A stretch of DNA of 64,000 nt from an uncultured Chloroflexia bacterium (GTDB lineage: Bacteria; Chloroflexota; Limnocylindria; Limnocylindrales; CSP1-4), in assembly GCA_963835845.1 (NCBI GenBank), contig CAWIGT010000001.1, positions 470,122 to 534,121 of the forward strand, in the 5' to 3' direction. Below are positions 51,516-60,361 of this stretch, in pieces (the stretch's first letter is position 1; every line of letters starts with the position of its first letter). Both the position numbers and the translations under genes were made by a program. The notes beneath the pieces were generated by a model that did no database searches, was not told where the DNA came from, and was given only the letters and a program-made list of their open reading frames with translations.

Positions 51516-51778
51516 CTCCGACGGCAGGTTGACAATCCGGAGCCGACTCGCTCACGCACCCTCGCATGATGGCAGCGGCCCCGTCATCGTGCCGGTCGCC
51601 ACCCGGGTGTCGCAATAGCCCCGCGTTGGCAGACAGCACTGCCGATAAGAGAGGTTATGTCCGTTCCCGTGAATTTCTGCGATTCGACTACCGTCAAGCC
51701 CGTCGCAACAAGTAGATCGTCGGGTTGAGCTTTCCCAGCACCTGATACACGCCGTAGAGGCTGTTCGCCAGTTCTATA

Positions 51779-52291
51779 TCAAAGTCCGCCTCGCCGAACC
51801 GCTCGATGAAGCGGTCGCGCCCGCGGAGAAGCCGCGCTATGTGGAGCAGTTTGCGCGACGCCCACTCGCGGTTGGATTCCTCGAGCGATTCTCTCCACTC
51901 GCTCGTCAGCTCGATCCGCTCGGTCGAGTGTGGCGAGTCGAGCCCGTCGGCTCGGGGCTACCGAGGCATACGCGGCGTCGTAGAGGGTAAGGCCGTGTAG
52001 TTCGGCCAGGGAGAGGGCATTGGCCAGTTCGGACGAAGTGGGCGTAAGGCGCGGGCAGATGAGGTCGAGCGCCTCGAGGACGCTTCGAGCCTGGCCGGGC
52101 TGAGCGCGCATGAATTGGACCAGGACGTTGCCGACTTCGTAGACCGTGAGATCGAGGATCGAGAGCGAAACCTGGTGCGATCGCTGCAGGTCCAGCAGCG
52201 TCCGGGGCTCCCCTACCTCGCGCTCGCCTTCCAGGTGGAACCACTTGAGGACGACGCTCGCGTCGCACAGAACATCAATCGCGGGCGGCAT
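51779..52291 (-). CDS. PIN-domain (VapC-like) nuclease; 3' end uncertain
   Basis: Acidic quartet D10, E52, D105, D123 in typical context (DASVVLKW..., YEVGNVL, LTLYDAAY, LATLD). The sequence after ~residue 125 is not protein-like in this frame. Confidence 0.6.
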   Translation of the reverse strand: MPPAIDVLCDASVVLKWFHLEGEREVGEPRTLLDLQRSHQVSLSILDLTVYEVGNVLVQFMRAQPGQARSVLEALDLICPRLTPTSSELANALSLAELHGLTLYDAAYASVAPSRRARLATLDRADRADERVERIARGIQPRVGVAQTAPHSAASPRARPLHRAVRRGGL

Positions 52292-52471
52292 CGCGCGCTC
52301 GCGATCGCGGCTGATCAGCTCGGCCGACTCGTACTCCCCTACCCCAGCCAGGGCTTCACGCGCTCGTTCGATCGCGGCCTCGATGGCAGCGTCGTCAGCG
52401 AATCCGAGGTCATGACGGGCTACCTCCTCGGCCGAAGATCGTGTCTCGCCGACCCGCGTTTGGGCCCGCGG

Positions 52472-53278
52472 CTACGCCCCCGAGATGTCGCGCCGGGCGA
52501 CCGCGAAGACACCGATTCCCGTGAGGATGACCGAGGGCACCGCCAGCGCGGCATAGCGCCACAGGTCCGTTGCCCGCTCAAGCGGATTCCCCCCAAACGC
52601 CCAGTCCCAGGGCGACAGCTGCTGCCACGGCGCGAGGACGCTGCTGAGGGGAAACAGGGAGTTGACGATCAAGCCCGCGAAGGCCACGCCGAGTCCGATC
52701 GCCAGGACCAAGGAGGGGCGCCCGCGGATGCCAGCGACGGCAACCGCAAGGCTTCCGTGGAAAGCGGCGAGCAGCCCGGACAGGACGATCGTCGATATGA
52801 CCAAGCCTGTGTCGATCTGCAGATCGAACGCCGCGTCGCTGGCAACTTGGGCCAGGAGGACCACGACCATGACGACCGCCAGGGCGACCAGAGCGGCGAC
52901 CACTCGACCGACCAGGACGGCTCGTCGAGATATGGGCTGCGCCAGGTACAACTCCATTCGGCCGCTGGCCTCCTCGCCGGCGGTCTGGCCGTTCACGAAG
53001 AGCACCGCCGCGGCCGCGAGCAAGAGCGGCACGAAGAAGTCATACAGGTTGCCCCGAAGGAACCCGGCAGGGGTCCCGAAGTCCGCGAGGCCAAAGGCCT
53101 GCACCACGCCCGAGGGCAGCTGGTCCATCGCTTGCGAGATCCCGGACGAGCCCTTGAACGCAGGCCAAACCGCGATCGTCATGGCGATCAAAGCCGCAAG
53201 ACCGAGCGACCACCAGAAGACTGCCCGACGCATGGATCGCAGCGGGCCACCGACCAGTTCGAGGATACGAGCGTTCAT
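52472..53278 (-). CDS. ABC-2 type transporter permease
   Basis: 268 aa, 6 TM helices. Its start overlaps the ATPase stop by 4 nt. Confidence 0.75.
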   Translation of the reverse strand: MNARILELVGGPLRSMRRAVFWWSLGLAALIAMTIAVWPAFKGSSGISQAMDQLPSGVVQAFGLADFGTPAGFLRGNLYDFFVPLLLAAAAVLFVNGQTAGEEASGRMELYLAQPISRRAVLVGRVVAALVALAVVMVVVLLAQVASDAAFDLQIDTGLVISTIVLSGLLAAFHGSLAVAVAGIRGRPSLVLAIGLGVAFAGLIVNSLFPLSSVLAPWQQLSPWDWAFGGNPLERATDLWRYAALAVPSVILTGIGVFAVARRDISGA

Positions 53279-54177
53279 GCCGGATCTCCGTCATATAGAT
53301 CGAGGAACGCCTCTTCGAGATCAGGCTCCTCGACCAGCATCGAACCGACCCGATGACTGGCGAGCAGCCCGAGCAGCGGCTGGATCGAGCCCGAGAGGGT
53401 CGCAGTGAAGCGGTGGTCGTCGACGATCGGGTCGACCATGTCCGGCAGGGCCTTCAACTCAGCTTCCGGCGGTTCGTCCTCGAACCAGACCTCGATCCGC
53501 TGGCGGGCACGGCCTCGCAGCTCCGCGACCGTACCCTGCGCCACCAGCTTGCCGGCCCGCAGGATAGCCACGCGATCGGCCGCCCTCTGGACCTCGCTCA
53601 TCACGTGCGAGGACAGGAAGACCGTCGCTCCGGCCGCGCGCGCCTCCCGAACCAGCGCCAGAAACTCGCGCTGCATGAGCGGATCCAGGCCGTTCGTGGG
53701 CTCGTCGAGAACGATCAGCTCGGCGTCGAAGAGAAACGCAAGCAGTAAGGCGACCTTGCGGCGGTTGCCGGTCGATAGATCGCGGAGATGCCGATGCAGG
53801 TCGAGTCGCAGCCGCTCGGCCAGCTGATCGCGACGTGCCGGATCGAAGCCACCCCGCAGGTGTCCGAAACTAGTGGCCAATTCCATCCCGGTAAGTCGAT
53901 CGGGCACCCGCAACTCGCCTGGCACGTAGGTGAGGCGGCGCCGCAGCGCCACCCCGTCGCGGCTAGAGTCCAGGCCGAAGGCGCCGACCTTGCCCGCGGT
54001 CGGCCGCAGTAATCCCAGCAGGCAGCGGATCGTCGTGCTCTTGCCTGAGCCATTGGGGCCCAGAAACCCGAAGACCTCGCCGCGCGCGACCTGCAGGTCG
54101 ATCCCGCGCACGGCCTCGACTTTGCCATAGTGCTTCACCAGACCCTCGATCTGGACGACCGGATCCGCGATGTTCAT
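53275..54177 (-). CDS. ABC transporter ATP-binding protein (DrrA-like)
   Basis: Walker A GPNGSGKST, signature LSTGNRRK, Walker B LIVLDEPTNGLD. ATG 54177 overlaps the ClC stop. The rest of ORF 53275..55365 is a shadow frame. Confidence 0.9.
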   Translation of the reverse strand: MNIADPVVQIEGLVKHYGKVEAVRGIDLQVARGEVFGFLGPNGSGKSTTIRCLLGLLRPTAGKVGAFGLDSSRDGVALRRRLTYVPGELRVPDRLTGMELATSFGHLRGGFDPARRDQLAERLRLDLHRHLRDLSTGNRRKVALLLAFLFDAELIVLDEPTNGLDPLMQREFLALVREARAAGATVFLSSHVMSEVQRAADRVAILRAGKLVAQGTVAELRGRARQRIEVWFEDEPPEAELKALPDMVDPIVDDHRFTATLSGSIQPLLGLLASHRVGSMLVEEPDLEEAFLDLYDGDPA

Positions 54178-56213
54178 GTGGCCTCCGGTTGTGCGGCAAT
54201 GCGGCTCGCAAGCAGCGTATTCAGTGCCTCCCGCGCCGTCGGGGCGATGAACACGGTCACGTGGTCGCCGGCTTCGAGGACCACGTTGCCGCGCGGCACG
54301 ATGACCTTCTCCCCGCGCATGACCGAGACGAGCACGCTGTCTCGCGGCCACGCCGTCTCCGAGACGGGCTTTCCGGCGAGGACCGAGCCGGGGCCGATTT
54401 CGGCTTCGAGCAGGCTGCCGGTCGAGCCCACCGTGTGCACCTGACGTACGTTTGCCGCCAGGGCTCCTCGATATGCCGCCACGACATCCCGTGTGGACAG
54501 GATGCCGGCCAGGCGATCGTCGGCCACCACCGGAACCCACGACTGGTGGCCGTCGGCGAGGACTCCAAGAACATCGTCGAGGGAGTCGTCGGCCGAGACG
54601 AAGGTCCCGTCCAGGGCGAGGTCGCCCACCTTTGCTGCCGGATCGGCGGAGATCAGAGCGACCAGATCGACGCTCCCGCGGAGCGAACCACCTCGGTCGA
54701 CGACCGGCGCGCCGGGCACGCCGGCGGACACCAGGCTGGTCCGGGCCGCGGCCACCGATTGGTCCGGGTCGAGCACGACTCGCGGGGATCGAGCCGCGTC
54801 GCCCGCCGGTATTGCGTTCATGAGCGGCAGCGCAAACCTGAAGCGATGGGCGGGCGACTCGGAGCGGTTGCGAAGCTGAGACGAGTAGATGGAGCGATCG
54901 CCGACGATGAGCGTGGCAAGCCCGATGGCGAGCATGGCCGGGGCCAGCATCGCCAGACTGTCGGTCATCTCGGCGACCATGAGCATCACCGCTAGCGGGG
55001 CCCGGGCGGTGCTGCCGAACAGAGCCATCATGGCCACGATGACGAAGGGCGAAGGATCCGAGGGGACCCCGGGCGCGATCGGTTCGAGGAGCCGCCAGAT
55101 GCCGGCCCCCAGCAGGGCTCCGATGAACATGCCCGGGCCGAAGATGCCGCCGGATCCGCCGGAGCCGATAGAGAGCGACGTCGCGAGGATCTTGGCAAAA
55201 GGGAGTGCCAGGATGACCCACAGGGGCAGGCTCAGGAGGGTGTTGCGATCGAACCCGGCCTGGACCCAGCCGTAGCCGGTGCCGAGAACTCCGGGAAGCG
55301 CGAGGGCCATACATCCCACCGCGAACCCGGCCACGGCCGGTCTGAGCTCTCGGGGCAGCGGCCACGTCTTGAACCAGCGCGTAATGCCGTAGAAGCCGGC
55401 GATATAGAGCCGGCCGACGATGCCACAGGCGAGGCCGATGAGCGTGTAGTAGATGAGCTGGCGGGGGTCGGTGAAGCCGGCGCCGCCGGCGCGACCGAAG
55501 ATCGGGCTGAAACCGATGATCGCGCCGAAGACAGAGAACGCCACGATCGATCCGACGAAGGCCGGCACGAGTGCGTCCGACTCGACGTCGTCGCGATATG
55601 GGATCTCGACCGCCAGGACCGCGCCGCCCAAAGGCGCCCGAAAGATCGCCCCGATCCCGGCGCCCATGCCCGTGCTGACCGCGATCCGGGCATCGCGCGC
55701 ATCGAGGTCCAGGAGCCGGGCCAGGAATGATCCGAAGCCCGCGCCGATCTGAGCCGTCGGGCCTTCTCGACCGCCCGATCCGCCCGAGCCGATCGTTATG
55801 GCCGAGGCCACGAGCTTGATCAGCGGAATGCGGGCACGGATGCGCCGGGGGCCGTGGTGGAACGCCGCGATCGCCGCGTCGGTCCCGTGGCCCTCAGCTT
55901 CGGGCGCGAGCCGGAAGACGATGATGCCCGCGATCAGCCCGCCGAGGCCGACGACGATTGGCAGCATCCAGGGTCGAGCCGCGTCGGTGATGGGACTGGC
56001 GCCTTCTCCGAGCGGTGACGCCGGCACGTAGCCCGCGAGCCCGAGGAAGAGCTGGGTGGCGACGTCCAGCGCTACGAAGAAGACCGCCGCGCCCAGGCCG
56101 CTGATGACGCCGATGACGGCGCCGAGGACGATCCACTTGCGCAGATACGCGGAAGAACGGGTGCGAAGCCTGAGTGTCCTGAGCAGGAGATCTCGACGCT
56201 GCCGCAGGTTCAT
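54174..56213 (-). CDS. ClC-family chloride channel/antiporter with C-terminal CBS pair and TrkA-C domain
   Basis: GSGGSGGREGP, GIFGPGMFIG, two CBS motifs and a C-terminal RCK_C-like domain. Confidence 0.85.
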   Translation of the reverse strand: MNLRQRRDLLLRTLRLRTRSSAYLRKWIVLGAVIGVISGLGAAVFFVALDVATQLFLGLAGYVPASPLGEGASPITDAARPWMLPIVVGLGGLIAGIIVFRLAPEAEGHGTDAAIAAFHHGPRRIRARIPLIKLVASAITIGSGGSGGREGPTAQIGAGFGSFLARLLDLDARDARIAVSTGMGAGIGAIFRAPLGGAVLAVEIPYRDDVESDALVPAFVGSIVAFSVFGAIIGFSPIFGRAGGAGFTDPRQLIYYTLIGLACGIVGRLYIAGFYGITRWFKTWPLPRELRPAVAGFAVGCMALALPGVLGTGYGWVQAGFDRNTLLSLPLWVILALPFAKILATSLSIGSGGSGGIFGPGMFIGALLGAGIWRLLEPIAPGVPSDPSPFVIVAMMALFGSTARAPLAVMLMVAEMTDSLAMLAPAMLAIGLATLIVGDRSIYSSQLRNRSESPAHRFRFALPLMNAIPAGDAARSPRVVLDPDQSVAAARTSLVSAGVPGAPVVDRGGSLRGSVDLVALISADPAAKVGDLALDGTFVSADDSLDDVLGVLADGHQSWVPVVADDRLAGILSTRDVVAAYRGALAANVRQVHTVGSTGSLLEAEIGPGSVLAGKPVSETAWPRDSVLVSVMRGEKVIVPRGNVVLEAGDHVTVFIAPTAREALNTLLASRIAAQPEAT

Positions 56214-56635
56214 GCGAAAGGCTCGAACGATCGAGCAAGCTTGGCGATGGCCGCGGCTTCCGCGGGCGTCATGGACGCGGCGGCGATCAATCGGCCGATG
56301 TCCTGACCTCGCAACTCCAGCACTCGAGCCCGCAAATCCCTGCCGGCCTCGGTCAGGCGAACGCAGACCACTCGCTTGTCGAGTTCACCTTTGTCGGTTG
56401 ACACCAGACCGCGGCGCTTCAGCCGCGAGACAACCCGGCTGGCCGGCGAGGCATGAGCACCGATCCGAGCGGCGATTTCACCGACAGCCTGTCCCTCGGC
56501 GTGCTCCCCTACGACGAGCAGGACGCGCCACTGCATGAAGGTGAGTTCTGCGTCGGCTGCCGCGATTGCCCGTGCCGTGATGGCGACCGAGCCCACGACC
56601 AGGCGTTCGATCACCCCGACGAGATCTTCGTTCAT
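56210..56635 (-). CDS. MarR-family transcriptional regulator
   Basis: Read from MNEDLVGVIERL... with a winged HTH (GEIAARIGAHASPASRVVSRLKRRGLV). Its stop overlaps the ClC start by 4 nt. Confidence 0.8.
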   Translation of the reverse strand: MNEDLVGVIERLVVGSVAITARAIAAADAELTFMQWRVLLVVGEHAEGQAVGEIAARIGAHASPASRVVSRLKRRGLVSTDKGELDKRVVCVRLTEAGRDLRARVLELRGQDIGRLIAAASMTPAEAAAIAKLARSFEPFA

Positions 56636-56656
56636 GGGAGCAGTGTACCGCATATA

Positions 56657-56678
56657 TATTCCGTATGGAATACATTCC
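56657..56678. promoter_or_regulatory. Candidate MarR operator (overlapping inverted repeats TATTCC-GTAT-GGAATA and GGAAT-AC-ATTCC)
   Basis: AT-rich block CATATATATTCCGTATGGAATACATTCC lies 22 nt upstream of the marR ATG, in the divergent intergenic region. Confidence 0.4.
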
Positions 56679-56766
56679 CTCAGAGTCCACTGCCGACGGC
56701 TTAGACCCGCCCGGCAATGTCCCGACTGAGCCGCACGCGCCGCCGTTCCCACGCTAGGATTTGGAC

Positions 56767-58233
56767 ATGCGAGCGACGAGATTCCTGAAGTCACTTGTGG
56801 CCCTCACGTTCCTGGCCGGCGGCCTGGCGGCGTGTTCGGGGTCAACCGGCACCGTCCCTCCGAATGCCGGCGGCCCTCCGGCAGGCAGCCAGCCTGCCAT
56901 CGTGGCCACGACCGGCCCCACCGCGGCGAGCACTGTCTCCGTCAATGCCGGCGGCCCCGCGACCGGTGGCTTCGCGGCCGATCAGTACTTCGGCGGCGGC
57001 GCCACCTTCGGCAACAGTGCGACCATCGACATGTCGCAGATTGCCTCCAACCCGCCGCCCGCGGCCATCTTCAACACCGAACGGTACGGGGCCATGACCT
57101 ACACCATCCCCGATCGCTCCGGCCCCCAGACGGTCACGCTCTACTTCGCCGAGACATACCTCTCGGGGCCGGGCCAGCGGCTATTCGACGTCACCATCAA
57201 CGGCGCCAAAGTCCTGTCCGGTTTCGACATCTACGCCAGCGCCGGAGGCGCCAACCGCGCAGTCGCGCGGGCCTTCGAGACGACGGCCGACTCGGACGGC
57301 CAGGTTGTGATCCGGTTCATCTCCGGCACCCAGAGCCCAAAGGTCAACGGCATCACGGTGGCCGGCGGCGGAACCACTGCGACTCCCCCGCCCGCGACCG
57401 CGAGTCCGACGCCGGCCGCGCCGCCGACCAACGCCGCGGACGTCAAGCCGAGTGCCGGCTGCGGCAGGGCCGCCGGGCTGCAGAACGGCACGATCACCGT
57501 CGAAAGCGACGGCTCCCGCTCATACATCCTCCGAGTCCCGGACAACTACGACCGCAACCATCCATACCGGCTGGTCCTTGCCTACCACTGGATGGGCGGA
57601 ACGGCGGAGCAAGTCGCCGACGGGACCGGCGCTACGGAGAGCCCGTTCTACGGCCTCTGGGATCTGGCCAACGACAGCACCATCTTCGTGGCGCCGGTGG
57701 GCCTGGGCTCCGGCTTGAACACAGGCTGGGCGAACACCGACGGTCAGGACGTCGAGTTCACCGACGCGATCCTCCGCCAGCTCGAGGCTGGACTCTGCAT
57801 CGACACCGGCCGGATCTTCGCCACGGGGTTCAGCTACGGCGCGGCGATGTCCTACGCGCTGGCATGCGCCAGGCCGGACGTCTTCCGTGGAGTCGCGCTC
57901 TACTCCGGTGCCCAGCTGAGCGGCTGCTCCGGCGGGACCAGGCCCATCACCTTCTACGCATCGCACGGTCTGAGCGACAGCGTCCTCGACATCTCCAGTG
58001 GGAGGAGCCTGCGCGACCACTTCGTCTCGGTCAATGGCTTGACGCCCGACAGCCCACCCGAGCCGACGATCGGCAGCGGCACGCACATATGCACGACGTA
58101 CAAGGGGGGCTCCGGCCTGTACCCGGTGGAATGGTGCGCCTTCGACGGTGACCACAACCCGAATCCACACGATAGCGGGCAAGCCACCAGCTGGAACCCG
58201 CCGCAGGCATGGGCCTTCATGAGTCAGTTCTGA
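56767..58233 (+). CDS. Secreted lipoprotein: malectin-like carbohydrate-binding domain + CE1/PHB-depolymerase-type esterase
   Basis: Signal plus lipobox LAGGLAAC. Malectin-like VNAGG...FAADQYF...RLFDVTINGAKVLSGFDIYA. PT linker. Esterase with nucleophile elbow GFSYGAAMS. TAGGAT ends 6 nt before ATG 56767. Confidence 0.75.
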   Translation: MRATRFLKSLVALTFLAGGLAACSGSTGTVPPNAGGPPAGSQPAIVATTGPTAASTVSVNAGGPATGGFAADQYFGGGATFGNSATIDMSQIASNPPPAAIFNTERYGAMTYTIPDRSGPQTVTLYFAETYLSGPGQRLFDVTINGAKVLSGFDIYASAGGANRAVARAFETTADSDGQVVIRFISGTQSPKVNGITVAGGGTTATPPPATASPTPAAPPTNAADVKPSAGCGRAAGLQNGTITVESDGSRSYILRVPDNYDRNHPYRLVLAYHWMGGTAEQVADGTGATESPFYGLWDLANDSTIFVAPVGLGSGLNTGWANTDGQDVEFTDAILRQLEAGLCIDTGRIFATGFSYGAAMSYALACARPDVFRGVALYSGAQLSGCSGGTRPITFYASHGLSDSVLDISSGRSLRDHFVSVNGLTPDSPPEPTIGSGTHICTTYKGGSGLYPVEWCAFDGDHNPNPHDSGQATSWNPPQAWAFMSQF

Positions 58234-58243
58234 TGCGGACGGT

Positions 58244-59308
58244 CTAGTACCAGCCGACTCCGGGGATCAGCACTCCACCTTCCCAGTGCCCGTTGCGGAA
58301 GGTCAGAGCGGCACACGGGGATCCGTAACGCGTGGTCATGTAGTCGACGCCCCACTCGGCTTGCACAACCGGGTTGTCTCGCCATGCCCGGTAGAGCCGG
58401 GCGGCTTCAGGATCGTCGGCCTTCTCCGCCGCATCTGCCCTGGCCTCCGCCCAATCGCCCAGCTTGCTCGCCGGATTGGCCTGGGGCAGGCCGTACGCGC
58501 CCGAGGACCTGTTGGTGGCATGAGGATCCCACTGCGCCTCCTCTTCGAATATCAGGCTGGCGCACTGTGACTGAGAGAAGCCCCAGCGCCGATCTACCTT
58601 GGCGCCGAGTCGGGCGACCAGGTAGTCCTTTGCGTCCTGGATCGTCGGCAGCACGACTGAAGCAACCGGGACCGAGGCGGCCGGGACCGCCGGCCCTGCT
58701 GGTGCGGCCGCCGGCGGAGTGATCGATATCGGCCTGGCGCCAATCTCCTCGGCAGGCGCCTTCGTGCCCGGTGTCGGATCGAGCGTTGGGCTCCAGGACG
58801 CCGCCGGCTGTGCGGTAATCGATGGCGGGCCCGCCGTCTGACCCGCGTCGGCGACCGTGGTGAGGGCCGGCGCACTCCGTGTCGGCAGGCCCGCGGCCGA
58901 CGCACTGGAAGGCATCGCCGAGGCACTCCCGGTGACCAGCACCGCCAGGAGGGCGGCGTAGGCGCCGAATTTGGGCATAGCTCGCGGGCCGCCCAGGATG
59001 GCCGCGGTTCGAGCTCGACTGTGTCCGCCCCCGCAGTTCGAGCCGAATGCAGCCAGCTCATCGTAGGTGATGGGGAATTCGATGCCCCATTGATCGAGCC
59101 GGTCGCCATGCCTCGGCGGCACCGTCAAGATCGACAGACGCCACGAGGAAACGGCCCGGGCGATGCTCGAAGGGCGCGGCTGCACGAGCTCGGAGAGATC
59201 CTCTCGCACGAGTGGAAAGTCGATTCCCCACTGATCCAGGGCATCAAGGGACGACCGCGGGGCCGCAGTTAGGCGCATGCACGGACTGTCGGGCAAAGGC
59301 CGCCGCAT
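58244..59308 (-). CDS. Membrane-anchored SLT-type lytic transglycosylase with N-terminal repeat region (alternative start at 58978)
   Basis: The C-terminal [23 protein letters not shown] matches the SLT ES...GLMQ-type motif. A hydrophobic segment [18 protein letters not shown] is present. Upstream, in the same frame, are two LDQWGI[DE]FP repeats whose differences are almost all at third codon positions. Confidence 0.6.
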   Translation of the reverse strand: MRRPLPDSPCMRLTAAPRSSLDALDQWGIDFPLVREDLSELVQPRPSSIARAVSSWRLSILTVPPRHGDRLDQWGIEFPITYDELAAFGSNCGGGHSRARTAAILGGPRAMPKFGAYAALLAVLVTGSASAMPSSASAAGLPTRSAPALTTVADAGQTAGPPSITAQPAASWSPTLDPTPGTKAPAEEIGARPISITPPAAAPAGPAVPAASVPVASVVLPTIQDAKDYLVARLGAKVDRRWGFSQSQCASLIFEEEAQWDPHATNRSSGAYGLPQANPASKLGDWAEARADAAEKADDPEAARLYRAWRDNPVVQAEWGVDYMTTRYGSPCAALTFRNGHWEGGVLIPGVGWY

Positions 59309-59453
59309 TCAAACCGTACGACCGGAGATTTCCCGAAGGCCGGATGTACTGCCAACCGACTGCCGGCGATCGGGACAGCGCGGAGGCTGCGCGCGGAAGT
59401 GTCCGCGTCGGCTACGATCGTGCCACGTCACAAGGCAGTTGAAGGAGCGAAGA

Positions 59454-59840
59454 GTGGGGCCCAACTACGGCTACACGTTCATGGTCCACACGATGGGGAC
59501 CGAGCACGGACCGTACGGCATCGTCGACCTCCAGATGCACGCGCGAGCGGGCAATCTGAAGGCGAACACGATGGTCCGCCGCGCCGACGGAACCGGGTCG
59601 TGGTTCCCGGCGAGCGAGATTCCCGGCGTCTTCTCAGACAAGGACTGGATAGCCGCGCTGCTCATCTCGTTCTTCCTCGGCACCTTCGGCATCGATCGGT
59701 TCTATCTCGGCTACACAGGACTCGGGATCCTGAAGCTGATCACTCTCGGCGGGTGCGGCATCTGGGCCCTCATCGACCTGATCTTGATCGCGATCGGCAG
59801 GCTCCCCGATGCGAACGGACTGCCGCTCAAGCGGAACTAG
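59454..59840 (+). CDS. GYF_2 (DUF4339) + TM2 domain membrane protein
   Basis: GGAG lies 6 nt before GTG 59454. [23 protein letters not shown]...[11 protein letters not shown] is followed by the TM2 core [38 protein letters not shown]. Confidence 0.75.
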   Translation: MGPNYGYTFMVHTMGTEHGPYGIVDLQMHARAGNLKANTMVRRADGTGSWFPASEIPGVFSDKDWIAALLISFFLGTFGIDRFYLGYTGLGILKLITLGGCGIWALIDLILIAIGRLPDANGLPLKRN

Positions 59841-59925
59841 GCAGCTGAACAGCCGGGCCGGATCGGGCCGGCAGCCCGACCCGATCCCCTACCGACGCCT
59901 GGCCGCGGCGGCGCTGCTGGCTGCC

Positions 59926-60244
59926 ATGGTCATTCCGGACCGCCGGCTCGAAAGCGCGCCCGTGTTCTGTCCGTTCCGTCGTGCCACCGGCCTGCCATGC
60001 CCGACATGTGGCCTCAGTCGGTCGTGGATCGCGTTGCTGCACGGACGTCCGCGAGCTGAGCTTCTCGTTCCATCCGCTTGGCCCGCTCACGGTCGTGGCT
60101 GCACTTGTCGTTCTGGAGGGCGCCGGGCCGGCCCCCGAACTGACCGCACGCCTCCGATCTCGCCGGCCGCTCGGCACGGCGATCGCGGTATGGCTGGGCG
60201 TGTGGCTCGTCCGCCTCCGCGCCGCGCGTCGTTCCCATATATAG
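59926..60244 (+). pseudogene. DUF2752-family membrane protein, one frameshift near 60045; start uncertain
   Basis: CPFRRATGLPCPTCGLSRSW is the DUF2752 signature. The hydrophobic C-terminal part continues in ORF 59981..60244. Confidence 0.5.
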
Positions 60245-60361
60245 ACCCAGGCAAAGGCCCGAGATCCTGAACTTCTCGCGGGTTCGGCTTCGGCTGAAGA
60301 GGCGGATGCGACTATCGTTCACAGCTCGGCCGCAGGCTTGGCCGTCTCGTAGAATTTGCGG

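Noticed and set aside
58979-59308. c-di-AMP (ydaO-type) riboswitch upstream of the cell-wall hydrolase gene, suggested by two similar GGGGAAUCG / GGGGCAUCG-containing halves
   Set aside because: The two halves differ almost only at third codon positions of one reading frame. They lack the ydaO core strings I can recall (ACCCA..., CCGAACCCG...CAGCUAACC). The pattern fits coding repeats, not a pseudo-symmetric RNA.
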